DNA of 64,000 nucleotides from NCBI GenBank assembly GCA_022072415.1, contig JAJVHW010000006.1, positions 4,958 through 68,957 of the forward strand. The letters run 5' to 3'. Source of the stretch: Planctomycetota bacterium (GTDB taxonomy: Bacteria; Planctomycetota; JAJSAM01; JAJVHW01). Below are positions 29,817 to 39,607 of this stretch, piece after piece. How positions within the stretch are numbered: the first letter of the stretch is position 1; each line of letters begins with the position of its first letter. The notes under the pieces are model-generated. The model worked only from the letters and a program-made list of their open reading frames with translations, had not been told where the DNA came from and ran no database searches. The position numbers and the translations under genes are program-made.

Positions 29817-30949
29817 GCCGGCACCCCCGCCCCGGCGCGCGCGGCGTCGCGGTAGGCCTCGACGGTGCGGCGCGCCGTCTCCTTCCAGTCGAACTGCGCG
29901 GCGCGCGCGTGGCCGCGTCCGATCCACGCCTGCCGTTCGCCGCCGTCGACGAGCCGGAGCGCCGCCGCGGCGAGTTCCTCCTCCGAGTCGGGGTGCACGA
30001 GCACCGCGGCGCCGCCGCAGGTCCCCTCCGTGGCGGCCGCGCGGGCCGCGACGACCGGAGTCCCGCACGCCATCGCCTCGAGCACGGGGAGCCCGAAACC
30101 CTCGCCCTTCCCGGTGAAGCAGAACGCGACAGCCCCGGCGTAGAGCGCGGGGAGCTCGTCGTCGCCGACGTATCCCAGACGCTTCACGCGCGACGCCACG
30201 GGGAGCCCCTCCGCCGCGGCGAGCACGTCCTGCCCCCCCGTCTGCACCGGCCCCGCGAGCACCAGGTCGAGGTCGAGCCCGGGGCGCCGCGCGTGGATCG
30301 CGCCGAACGCGCGGACGAGAGGCATCAGGTTCTTCCGGGCGGAGATCTGCCCCACGAAGAGCAGGTACGGCGACCGGAGCCCGTTCGCCTCGCGGACTCT
30401 CGCCACCGCCTCCGGCGTCTGCGGACGGAACGCCGCGCCGAGCCCGAGCGGCACGACGCGCGTGCGCGGCGCGGCCTCCGGGAACCGCCGGAGGAACGCG
30501 TCCCGCGTGTAGTCGGAGATGCAGAGGATCACGGCCGCGCGGCGCGCCACGTCGGCGAGCGCCCGCTCCTTCGTGCGGCGGAACTTCTCGTCGGCGATCC
30601 CCGGGAGCTCGAGGGCGGAGAGGTCGTGGACGGTGGACACGCAGGGGACCCGGCGGAACTTCGGGATGCGGAGGTCGGGCCCGTGGATCACGTCGAGGCC
30701 CCGCGGGCGGATCGGGATCGGACCGTCCTGGAACCAGCGCATGCGGAACCGCGCGTCCTCCGGCACGACCACGTGGGCCCGCCGCCCGAATCGGGAGATC
30801 CGGTAGAGGAGGTCGGCCCGGTCGTCCTCGCCGAGGACGGCCGGGAGCGCGTCCACGAGCGACGCGCAGTAGCGCGCGACCCCCGTGCGCTCGGCCTTCG
30901 CCACGCACGAGCAGTCGATGCCGATCCGCATCGGGCCGATTGTCCGCAA
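29813..30949 (-). CDS. Glycosyltransferase family 4
   Basis: MRIGIDCS at the N-terminus and GEGFGLPVLEAMACGTPVV in the catalytic region. It forms a GTGA overlap with the downstream GT4. Confidence 0.8.
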   Translation of the reverse strand: MRTIGPMRIGIDCSCVAKAERTGVARYCASLVDALPAVLGEDDRADLLYRISRFGRRAHVVVPEDARFRMRWFQDGPIPIRPRGLDVIHGPDLRIPKFRRVPCVSTVHDLSALELPGIADEKFRRTKERALADVARRAAVILCISDYTRDAFLRRFPEAAPRTRVVPLGLGAAFRPQTPEAVARVREANGLRSPYLLFVGQISARKNLMPLVRAFGAIHARRPGLDLDLVLAGPVQTGGQDVLAAAEGLPVASRVKRLGYVGDDELPALYAGAVAFCFTGKGEGFGLPVLEAMACGTPVVAARAAATEGTCGGAAVLVHPDSEEELAAAALRLVDGGERQAWIGRGHARAAQFDWKETARRTVEAYRDAARAGAGVPA

Positions 30950-31629
30950 CGGACCCCGAAACCGCGCCTTTGAACCCGACGCGAGTAGGATCGGCCGCTC
31001 TGGGCGACCCCGTGGTTCCGTCGGCAGAGGACGTCGAGCGCGCCACCGTCGCGACGCTCGGGAAGCAGGGCGCGTTCCGGCCCACGGTGAGGCTCGTCGA
31101 GGCGGGCGGGGAGCGGCTCGTCGCCAAGGACTACCGCGCGTGCACGGCGCTCTACCGCTGGACGGTGGGCGCGTGGAACCTCGCGCGGGAGGAGTCGGCG
31201 CTCCGGCGGCTCGACGGGATCGACGGCATCCCGCGGTTCCGGGGGCGCGCGGGGCGGTGGATCCTCCTCATGGACTGGATCCGCGGCCGCGACCTCGGGA
31301 AGGTGCGCCGGTTCCGCCAGACGCCGGAGTTCTACGACCGTCTGATGGCCGTCGTGGCCGAGATGCACGCCCGCGGAGTCGTCCACCTGGACCTCCGTCA
31401 GCGCCGGAACATCCTCTTCCGCCCCGACGGCGCCCGGCCGGCGGTGCTCGACTTTGGCTCCGCTCTCTGTCTCCGTCCGGGGACACTCATGCATCGCTTC
31501 CTTTCGCGGATCGACCGCTCGGGAGTCCTCAAGTACAAGCGGCGGGCGCAGCCCGACGCGCTGTCCCCCGAGGAGGCACGGGCGTTGCGATCCGTGGAGA
31601 GGCGAAGGAAGTGGTGGCCGTTCAGTTGA
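30940..31629 (+). CDS. Kdo/lipopolysaccharide-kinase family protein (protein-kinase-like fold)
   Basis: VVHLDLRQRRNILF...VLDFGSA is an HxD/DFG-like catalytic core. The start is uncertain because it overlaps the divergent GT4 5' end. Confidence 0.6.
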   Translation: MSATDPETAPLNPTRVGSAALGDPVVPSAEDVERATVATLGKQGAFRPTVRLVEAGGERLVAKDYRACTALYRWTVGAWNLAREESALRRLDGIDGIPRFRGRAGRWILLMDWIRGRDLGKVRRFRQTPEFYDRLMAVVAEMHARGVVHLDLRQRRNILFRPDGARPAVLDFGSALCLRPGTLMHRFLSRIDRSGVLKYKRRAQPDALSPEEARALRSVERRRKWWPFS

Positions 31630-31693
31630 CTCCGCACGGAAGACCTGCGGGACGGCCGCCGCGACGTGATCCGCGTTCCGAGGAGGAACCCCG

Positions 31694-32953
31694 ATGCTGA
31701 CGCAGTCTCTCCCCCGCCGCGCGCCGCTCTGGCGCCGCGCCGCAGCGTACCTCGCCGTGTTCGCGGCCACCGTGCTCGGCGCCGGCCGGGCCCTGGCCGG
31801 CGACGCCGTGAAACTCCAGTTCGAGTTCATCGACGACCGCACGCAGATCAACGCCGCCGAGTCGATCGACGTGCAGATCGTCGGGATCGACGCGACCGGC
31901 GCGCGCGTCGGGTTCAAGGACCTCGAGGTGTCGGCCACGGGCGGCACGTTCACGGTCGTCCGCCAGCCCTTCTCCTGCCGCTACACGGCGCCCGCCGAGG
32001 GCACCGACCTCGCCGCGTACCGGCTCCGCGCGTGGCTGAAGGCCCGCCCGGAGGTGAGCGGCGAGGCGACGATCACCGTCATCCCGCCCCCCGCCTACAA
32101 GCGCCTCGCGATGACCGGACCGGGCACGACGCCCGCCGGGGCGTTCGTGGACCTCGACCTCCTCGGCGAGAACGCCGCGGGCCAGATGGTCGCCGCCGAC
32201 CCGGCCACCGTCAGCGTGAAGGTCGCCTCCGGCCCCGGCACGATCACGCTGGTCAAGCCCGGGCGCTACAGGCTCGCGACCGAGGTGAAGGACACCGGCA
32301 CGTCGCGCGTCGTCGCGTCGCTGGTGCGCCACCCGTCGATCCAGTCCACCGTGGACGTGGTCGTGACCGGCGCGGCCACGCCGCAGCCCCAGCCCCAGCC
32401 GCAGCCCCTCCCGGTTCCTCCGCCGACCGGCGGCTCGGGATCCTCCGGCGGCGGCACGCCCCCGGCCCCGCCCGCCGGGGGCGGCGCAGGCGGCGGCACG
32501 AAGCCCGTCGACCCGCCGAAGCCGGTGGACAAGAACGACGTCGTCTGGCCGAGCGGCAACATCCGCATCGGCGCGTGGCGCACCATGGCCGCGGGCGACG
32601 CCGACTGGAGCGACTCAGAGAAGTCGATGCCGAAGCCTGCCGGCGAGTTCGTCGCGCGGAAGGACAAGCAGAAGCTCCGCATCGTGATCGAGCGGAAGGA
32701 CACGATCAAGGTCGAGCTCGAGGAGTGGATCGGCGACAAGAAGGGCGCGGACGTGAAGCGCCTCGACCCGACCAAGGACGGCCGCTTCCAGCTCGAGCGG
32801 AACAAGAAGGACCAGTACGTCATCCACTTCGAGGCGGCTCCGCCGGACAACGGGAAGCCCCTGAACCTGGCGATCCTCCTGACCTTCGCGGACAACAAGA
32901 TCGCCCGCGAGGAGATCGTCCTGCGCCGCGACGCGCCGGAGCCGAAGAAGTAG
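31694..32953 (+). CDS. Secreted hypothetical protein with a (PQ)n linker
   Basis: An AGGAGGA RBS precedes a signal peptide MLTQSLPRRAPLWRRAAAYLAVFAATVLGAGRALA. There is a PQPQPQPQPLPVPPPTGGSGSSGGG linker. Confidence 0.65.
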   Translation: MLTQSLPRRAPLWRRAAAYLAVFAATVLGAGRALAGDAVKLQFEFIDDRTQINAAESIDVQIVGIDATGARVGFKDLEVSATGGTFTVVRQPFSCRYTAPAEGTDLAAYRLRAWLKARPEVSGEATITVIPPPAYKRLAMTGPGTTPAGAFVDLDLLGENAAGQMVAADPATVSVKVASGPGTITLVKPGRYRLATEVKDTGTSRVVASLVRHPSIQSTVDVVVTGAATPQPQPQPQPLPVPPPTGGSGSSGGGTPPAPPAGGGAGGGTKPVDPPKPVDKNDVVWPSGNIRIGAWRTMAAGDADWSDSEKSMPKPAGEFVARKDKQKLRIVIERKDTIKVELEEWIGDKKGADVKRLDPTKDGRFQLERNKKDQYVIHFEAAPPDNGKPLNLAILLTFADNKIAREEIVLRRDAPEPKK

Positions 32954-33149
32954 ACCCCGCTCCCGTCCGCACCCGGCGGCCCGCGACCCCTCCCGGGGTC
33001 CGGGCCGCCTCGATTCCGAGGGGCAGGACCCGCCCGCGCCGGGGGTTGGCACGAACCGTGCAACCGGAACTTGGGTGGGGACGTCCCACTTCCGATAGAG
33101 TGTCCGTCCTCCGGAACTCGGACAGACCCCTCACAAGGAGGCCTGAGAG

Positions 33150-34100
33150 ATGCGTTCGATGATGGTTGCGGCAGCCACGGCGCTGCTGACGTTCGCCGCC
33201 GGCGCCGCGCTGGCCGGCAAGGGCGACAAGGCGGAACCGAAGATCACGGTCCGCTTCGCCAAGTCCTGGGACACGGCGGTCGCCGAGGCGAAGGAGCTGA
33301 ACCTGCCGCTGATCGTCCACAGCCACGGCTTCTATTGAAACCCCTGCTGGGGGATGCACGGTGCCGTGCTCCAGAACGAAGACTACATCAGCTTCTCCAA
33401 CGAGAACACTGTCGAGGTGCTCGCCCTCGGGCGGCTCGACGAGGGCATCCAGAAGAACGACCCCCGCGCCGCCGAGTACGACGCGAAGGACGCCGACGGG
33501 AAGCCCGTGAAGTACATGGTGAGCTGGCCCGGACTCACGAAGGAGGAGATCTTCGCGCTCAACTCCTCGAAGGCCGGCTCCTACAACAACACCGGCGGCA
33601 TCCCGTTCACGTGCGTGGTCAACCCGCACGACGAGAAGGAGATGCAGCGGTGGCAGGGCGGCCAGTCGGCGAAGACGATCATGGAGGCCGTCGCCACCCA
33701 CAAGAAGACGATCAACGCCCAGTTCGGCCCGAGCCTCTCGCGCGGGACGATCAAGAAGATCGAGGAGGAGGGGAAGAAGATCGCCGCCTCCCTCGAGAAG
33801 GGCAACCTCGCGGCCGCGGCCGCCGACCTGAAGAAGCTCCAGAAGTCGGTGTCCGGGAAGGACGGCAAGGTCCCCGAGGGCCTGAAGCCGCGCCTCGGCA
33901 AGGTCGAGGACGCGCTCGTCGAGGCGATCGGCAAGGTGCTCGACGAGGCCGAGGGCCTCATCGGCACGGGTGACGCCGCGGGGGCGAAGAAGTCCCTCGC
34001 GAAGGTCGCCGCCGCCGCCAAGGGCACGTCCGCGGAAGCCCGCGTGAAGGAGCTCGAGGCGAAGATCAAGGAGATGGCTCCCGCCGAGCCCGCGAAGTAG
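33150..34100 (+). CDS. Candidate selenoprotein: secreted thioredoxin-fold protein with an in-frame TGA (33336-33338) at the first position of a U-N-P-C motif, plus a Lys/Ala/Glu-rich tail
   Basis: ORFs 33150..33338 and 33354..34100 are in the same frame, separated only by the TGA. The context is LPLIVHSHGFY-TGA-NPCWGM, and a cis-Pro-like GGIPFTCVV follows downstream. A SECIS-like hairpin at 33352..33372 has a bulged U and a GUGC apical loop. There is an AGGAGG RBS and a signal peptide. Confidence 0.45.
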
Positions 34101-34123
34101 TCCGTCGCTCCGTCGCGTACTCA

Positions 34124-34160
34124 GGGGCCCGTCTGCCGCGCTTCGCGGACGACGGGCCCC
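34124..34160. terminator. GC-rich hairpin between convergent genes (bidirectional terminator candidate)
   Basis: A 10 bp perfect stem (GGGGCCCGTC, 17 nt loop, GACGGGCCCC) lies between the stops at 34100 and 34179. Confidence 0.4.
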
Positions 34161-34178
34161 GTTCGATTCCGGGCCGGG

Positions 34179-36668
34179 TCAGTCCTTCCCGCCGAACTTC
34201 TGCCCGGGCTCGCCGGAGATGCGAACGTTCGCGCCGGAGGGCACCGTCATCGCGGGGATCGTTCCGCCGAAGAGGATGCGCACGGCGCCGTTGCCCGACT
34301 CGGCGAGCGGCGATCCCGCGATCACGTCGCGGATGCCGTCGCCGTTCACGTCGATCGGCGGGAAGCCGAAGATCCCGAACTGTTCGCCCGCCGCGCCGAA
34401 GAAGCGCCGCCCCGTCGCCCACGACTGGCTCGCGGGGGAGTCGAACACGACGACGACGCCCGCATCGGCGTCGGCGCCGTTGTCGGCTCCGGGCGCGGTG
34501 GCGAGGACATCGGCGAGCCCGTCGCCCGTCACGTCGGCCGCGCCGATCGCGGCGCCGAGGTGGTCCCCCGCCGCCACGCCGAAGAACATGAAGTCCGCCG
34601 TCGAGGCTCCGGCCGACGCGAGGCCGTCCTCGCCCCGGAACCCGTAGATCCGCCCCGCCCCCGCGGCCGAGCCGCCCTGGTTGAACTCGACCGCGCCCAC
34701 CAGCAGGTCGGCGCGGCCGCCTCCCGTGACGTCGCCCACGGCGAGCGGGATCCCGAACCCCGAATCGGTCCCTTCGCCGGTGAGGATCACGTCGGCGGTG
34801 GACGCCGGGCGCGTCCCCGCGACGATGGGCCCCGCGAACACGTAGCACCTGCCGGTGGCGCCCGCCGTGTCGATCTGGTCCGCGCCGACGACCAGGTCCC
34901 TCGCGCCGCTCCCGATCAGGTCCCCCGACGCGATCGCCGCGCCGAAGAGGTCCGACGCGGCTTCGCCCGTCAGGATCACGTCGGCCGCGTCCGCGGTGGT
35001 GCTCGCGGTCAGCGGCCCGAAGAAGATCAGCACGGCGCCGTTCCCGGTCCCGGTCCGGTTGTTGGACTCGTCGCCCACGATCAGGTCGTCCACGCCGTCG
35101 CCGGTCACGTCGGCGATGTGCAACTGGTTCCCGAAGTTCGGGTCGGCCGCCGATCCCGTGATCTCGATGTCCGCGTCGCCCGACGCGCCGAACCCGGACT
35201 TCCCGAACAGGATGCCCACCGTCGCCGGCTGGCGCGCCGACACGGCGAGGTCTGCGACCCCGTCCCCGTCGAGGTCGCCGGACGCGACGAAGCGGCCCAG
35301 TTCGTCGCCCGGGGTCCCGTTCGTGAACTTCGGGCTCGCGGACGACGCCGACGTCGTCGCGGCGATCGTCCCGCCGCGGAACACGCTCACGCTGCCGCGG
35401 TCGCCGTTCTCCCCGGGCGAGCCGACGACGAGGTCGGCGAGCCCGTCTGCGTCGAGGTCCCAGTCCACGACGCCCCGCGGGCGGAACGCCTGGTAGGTGC
35501 TGAAGTGCGCGACCGGGAACGAGACGGTGCGGTTCACCGTGTCGAACACGAACGCCGCGGGCGGCGCGAGGACGACCTCGGTCACCTTGCCCTTCGCGTC
35601 GCGCACGAAGATCCGCAGGTCGTCGGTCGTCGTTCCGGGAGGGAGCGGGGCGTACGGGATCGTGACCGTGGCAGGCACGGCGAAGGACGTGCCCTCGGGC
35701 CCGAAGAACACCGCGGGTCCGCCGCCCGCGACGTCTTCCGCCTTCGGAGCCACGGCGGCGCCCGTGCCCACGATGATCCCGGTCGGAAGGGCGAGCGCGC
35801 CGCCGGGCACGTCCACCGACGCGCCGTCCACCGGCGACAGCGCGTCGTCCACCGCGACCATCCCGCCCTCCGCGCCGACGACGGCGCCGGTCGCGAGCGA
35901 CCCGTCGCCGGGCCCGAGCTTCCGGTCGGTGAGATCCACCCGCTTCGAGGTCTCCCGGGGCAGGGTCGCGGTCGCCGTCCCGGTGAACGGACCGCCCGCG
36001 CCCGCGTCGGCGACGAAGATGCGCCACGTCCCGGTGGAAGAGATCGTCCCGCGGCCGGAGTGCGACGTCGCGCCCTCGCGCGGCGGCGCGAAGATCGCGC
36101 CGCATCCGCCGTCGGAGCAGATCCTGTCGAGTCGCGGCAGCGATGCGCTCCCCTGCGCGCGCTTCACGACGAACGACACCTGCGTCCCCGCGGCGAACTC
36201 GAACGGGACCTCGACCTCGCCGCCGCTCGTGTCGCCTCCGAACGGCGTCTTCTTCGGGACGGACCACGACGCGGTGACGTCGTAGTCGCCGACGACGCCG
36301 TCGCCGGACACGACGATGCGGTACACGCCCGTCTCGGGCACCAAGCCGCTCCACGCCGCGCCGGTCGCGCCCTTCGGCGTCGTCGGCGTCGCGTCGGTGA
36401 GGTCCCCCGCCGTCGGCGCGACGATCTCGAACCCCGCCCGCGGTGCGGCCGGCGCGCCCTTCGCCTTCCGCCCCTTCACCGACACCTTGAGCGTCGCCCC
36501 TGCCGGGATCTCGATCCGGTACGTCTCGAACTCGGCCGCGGGGTTCAGCGTTCCGCGCGCCTTGAACCCGTTCCGCACGGCCACGTCCACGTCGGCGCGC
36601 GCAGACGCTGCGGCGACGAGGAGCGCAAGGTGCGACACGACGAGGACGGCGGAACGCGATCGAGTCAT
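34179..36668 (-). CDS. Secreted FG-GAP repeat protein (integrin-alpha-like repeats) with an N-terminal beta-rich domain
   Basis: A signal peptide MTRSRSAVLVVSHLALLVAAASARA precedes multiple DxDGDGxxDLxVG repeats. Confidence 0.8.
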   Translation of the reverse strand: MTRSRSAVLVVSHLALLVAAASARADVDVAVRNGFKARGTLNPAAEFETYRIEIPAGATLKVSVKGRKAKGAPAAPRAGFEIVAPTAGDLTDATPTTPKGATGAAWSGLVPETGVYRIVVSGDGVVGDYDVTASWSVPKKTPFGGDTSGGEVEVPFEFAAGTQVSFVVKRAQGSASLPRLDRICSDGGCGAIFAPPREGATSHSGRGTISSTGTWRIFVADAGAGGPFTGTATATLPRETSKRVDLTDRKLGPGDGSLATGAVVGAEGGMVAVDDALSPVDGASVDVPGGALALPTGIIVGTGAAVAPKAEDVAGGGPAVFFGPEGTSFAVPATVTIPYAPLPPGTTTDDLRIFVRDAKGKVTEVVLAPPAAFVFDTVNRTVSFPVAHFSTYQAFRPRGVVDWDLDADGLADLVVGSPGENGDRGSVSVFRGGTIAATTSASSASPKFTNGTPGDELGRFVASGDLDGDGVADLAVSARQPATVGILFGKSGFGASGDADIEITGSAADPNFGNQLHIADVTGDGVDDLIVGDESNNRTGTGNGAVLIFFGPLTASTTADAADVILTGEAASDLFGAAIASGDLIGSGARDLVVGADQIDTAGATGRCYVFAGPIVAGTRPASTADVILTGEGTDSGFGIPLAVGDVTGGGRADLLVGAVEFNQGGSAAGAGRIYGFRGEDGLASAGASTADFMFFGVAAGDHLGAAIGAADVTGDGLADVLATAPGADNGADADAGVVVVFDSPASQSWATGRRFFGAAGEQFGIFGFPPIDVNGDGIRDVIAGSPLAESGNGAVRILFGGTIPAMTVPSGANVRISGEPGQKFGGKD

Positions 36669-36710
36669 CGGAGACCTCCCGGCTGCGCCGGAGTCTATCC
36701 GACCGGCGCT

Positions 36711-37863
36711 CTACGCAGTCCCGGCGGCCCGCTTTCCGAGGATCACCTCGTAGAACGCCTCGATCCGCCGCGCCTGGAGCGCGAGTCCGTAGCGGCGGTG
36801 CGCGATGTCGTGGGCCGACGCGGAGAGCCGCTCGCGGAAGGAGGCGTCCTCGGCGAGGCGGATCAGCGCGGACGCGAGTTCGTCGGGGGAATCGCCGACG
36901 AGGATCCCGTTCACGCCGTCCTCGATCAGGTCCACGAGGTGCCCGCGGCGCGCGGCGACGACGGGCACGCCCATCGCGAGCGCCTCGCGCGCGGCGCGGC
37001 ACGAGCCGTCGCTCCCGGGGACGAGGTACACCTTCGCGTGCATGCAGCGGAGGGTCGCCACGTACTCCGACCCGCGACGGTAGCCCGTGAAGATCGCCTT
37101 GCCCTGGAGGTCCTTCCGCGCGGCCGGCTTCACCGCGACCTCGTCCATCCACGTCCCGCGTCCGACGAGCAGGATCTTCATGCGCGGCACGCGCCGCGCG
37201 ACCTGCGTCATCGCCTCGAAGAACACCTCGAACCGGCGGTGACGCTGCATGCGCGCGACGATCCCGACGACGAAGTCCTCCGGCTCGATCCCGTAGTCCT
37301 TCCGGAGGTCCGGGAGCCCCTTCGCCCGGGGGTTGAAGCGGCGGAGGTCCACCGCGCCGTCCACCCAGATCGCGCGCTCCTCCTCCAGGCCGAACCGCTG
37401 GACCACGGAGTTCCGCACGCGCTCGCTGATGGCGACGACGCCCGCGCATCCGCCGCGGAGGAGGGTCTTCGTGTCCTTCGTGACCGGCGGCGGATCGCCG
37501 TCGTAGAGCGAACGGACGATCGGGATCCCGAGCCCCTCGGCCGCGCCGAGCGCGATGCGGTGGTCGTTCGGGAGGTGGCAGTGGATGACGTCGGGGCGGT
37601 GCTTCCTCAGCCACGCGCGGAGCGCGCGGCGGTCGAGGGCGTCCCAGATGGGGTTCCGGTGCTTGCCGAGGCGGAGCACGAGCCGCGGCTCGAGCCCGCG
37701 GCGGCGGGCCTCGTCGGCCACGTCGTTCGGGAGCGGCTCCACCTCGCGCCCGCAGAGGAACTCCACCGTGTGCCCGCGCTGGCGGAGCTGCGCCGCGAGG
37801 TTCACGGCCGGCTCCGCCGGACCGGTCCACTTCCAGTTCGCGAAGAGATGCAGGATGCGCAAG
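36711..37863 (-). CDS. Glycosyltransferase family 4 (probable TTG start)
   Basis: RILHLFANWKW at the N-terminus and EALAMGVPVVAARRGHLVDLIEDGVNG in the catalytic region. Confidence 0.75.
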
Positions 37864-37873
37864 ACGTGGATCC

Positions 37874-39607
37874 TCACTCGATCGGGTCCATGCGGACGAC
37901 GATCTTCCGCCGGCACTCCGCCGCGACGCGGCGGAACCACTCCTTCCACCCCGCAGCCACCTCGGGACGCCCCGCGGCGTACGCGCGGAAGAACCGCAGG
38001 CGGTCCGCGAGGGAGATGCACACGGGCACGCTCGCCGAGAGCTGCGCCAGGTTCTTCACCCGCCGGCGGAACGGCACGCGGCGGTCGAACTCCACGCGGT
38101 CGTAGTCGGCCAGCACGAGCCGGGGCCCCGCCGCCGCTCCGCGGCGGAGGAACAGGTTCACCGCCTTCAGGTCGCCGTGGTAGACGCCCGCGTCGTGGAG
38201 CCGGCGGACGAGCGACGCAGCGGCCTCGACGAGCGCGCGCTTCTCGGCCCGGCGCGCGGCGTCGGGGGCCGACGCGTGGCGCGCGAGCACCACGAGATCG
38301 GACCGCGTGCCGTCCCCGAGGTCCTCCATCACGAGGAACGCGTCCCCGAGCGCCGCGCCGCGCCCGCGGACGAGGAGCGCCAGCGGCTCCGCCGCGTCGA
38401 AGCCGCGGACGAGGAGCCCGTTCCCGGCGACCCATGCGGCCACGGCCCGCGGAGTCCGCACGAGGTTCTTCGCCCGGTCCATCGCGCCGCCCCGCCGGTA
38501 CTGCTTCACGATCACGCTGCGCGGCGCGCCGCCCTCCTCCGGCGGCGGGAGGCTCTGGCGCGTGAGCGCGGACCGGCTCCCGTCCTTCAGCACGTTCCTC
38601 GCCTTCGCCGCCACGTCGCGGAGGTGCGGCGCGACGAGCCCCGCGAGCGCGCGGGCGTCGAGGGTCCGGAGGTGATGGACGCGCATCCCCTCCGCGGCCG
38701 TCACGTCGAACTTCGACGACCGGGCGAGGCTCCGGTCGGTGCGGCTCCGCACGCGCCGGAGCTCCATCCTCGCGAGCTCCGGCTCGAGCGCCGCGGAGAG
38801 CGCGCCTTCCGCGAGCAGGCGTTCCACGCGCGTGCCCGACGGTCCGCCCGCGGTCGCGTACGTCTCGCAGATCCTGCGCCGCTCCTCCTCCGTGCTGCAC
38901 GTGAGCATCGAGTGGAGGAGCTTCACGAGGTCGAACCATCGCGCCGACTCCGACGGGCGCGCAGGGCGCGTCACCGAGTGGAGGTCGATCACGTGGAGCG
39001 ACGGCGCGTCCGGCGGCCCGTTCACGAGGAGGTTCCCGCCGTGGAAGTCGTTGTGGACGAACCCCGCGTCGTGCATCCGGCGGACGAGGCGCGCGAGCGC
39101 GTCGTAGAGCGCGCCGCGGAGCGCCGCGCGGCGGTCCGCCTCGGCGCGGTCGCCTTCGGCGGCGGCGCCCCCGAGCATGTGCTTCTCGACGAACGCGTTG
39201 AGATGGAGCGCGTCGGGGATCTCGCGCGTGACCAGCGCCGCGTCGCGGAGCACGCCTCCTGCGCGCCGCTCTCCGAAGGCGAGGGGCACCGACGTCGGAA
39301 TGCCCGCCGCGTCGAGCGCGCGGCCGACGTCCCACTCGGTCTTCGCGCGGGAGTCCTTCACCGCGTACTTCACCACGTCCTGCGCGCCGGACACGCGGTA
39401 GCGCTTCACGATCACGCGGCCGCCGCCGGGCATCGGCACGCGGAACACCGCGCGGACGAGGTTCCGCTTGAGCACCGCGACGCCGGGCGCGCCGTCGATC
39501 TCGCCGAGCCGCCCGGCGATCCCGGCGCGCACCGCCTCCGCGGTCGCCGCCTCCGCGGTCCATCGGAGCCCCGAGGCGTCGAACGTCACCGTCGCCTCAG
39601 CGGGCAT
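37874..39607 (-). CDS. Protein with two tandem Kdo/LPS-kinase-like domains
   Basis: Domain 1 contains VIVKRYR...FVHNDFHGGNLLV. Domain 2 contains VIVKQYRRGG...VYHGDLKAVNLFL. Confidence 0.7.
   Translation of the reverse strand: MPAEATVTFDASGLRWTAEAATAEAVRAGIAGRLGEIDGAPGVAVLKRNLVRAVFRVPMPGGGRVIVKRYRVSGAQDVVKYAVKDSRAKTEWDVGRALDAAGIPTSVPLAFGERRAGGVLRDAALVTREIPDALHLNAFVEKHMLGGAAAEGDRAEADRRAALRGALYDALARLVRRMHDAGFVHNDFHGGNLLVNGPPDAPSLHVIDLHSVTRPARPSESARWFDLVKLLHSMLTCSTEEERRRICETYATAGGPSGTRVERLLAEGALSAALEPELARMELRRVRSRTDRSLARSSKFDVTAAEGMRVHHLRTLDARALAGLVAPHLRDVAAKARNVLKDGSRSALTRQSLPPPEEGGAPRSVIVKQYRRGGAMDRAKNLVRTPRAVAAWVAGNGLLVRGFDAAEPLALLVRGRGAALGDAFLVMEDLGDGTRSDLVVLARHASAPDAARRAEKRALVEAAASLVRRLHDAGVYHGDLKAVNLFLRRGAAAGPRLVLADYDRVEFDRRVPFRRRVKNLAQLSASVPVCISLADRLRFFRAYAAGRPEVAAGWKEWFRRVAAECRRKIVVRMDPIE

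Noticed and set aside
28785-31953. ORFs 28785..29855(+), 29723..30973(+), 30688..31953(-), 30885..31700(+) and 31622..32332(-)
   Set aside because: They are alternate frames to the GT4, GT4 and kinase genes and the secreted-protein gene, with no motifs.
31666-33701. ORFs 31666..33162(+) and 32820..33701(-)
   Set aside because: They are alternate frames of the secreted protein and candidate selenoprotein region, and are Arg/Asp-rich.
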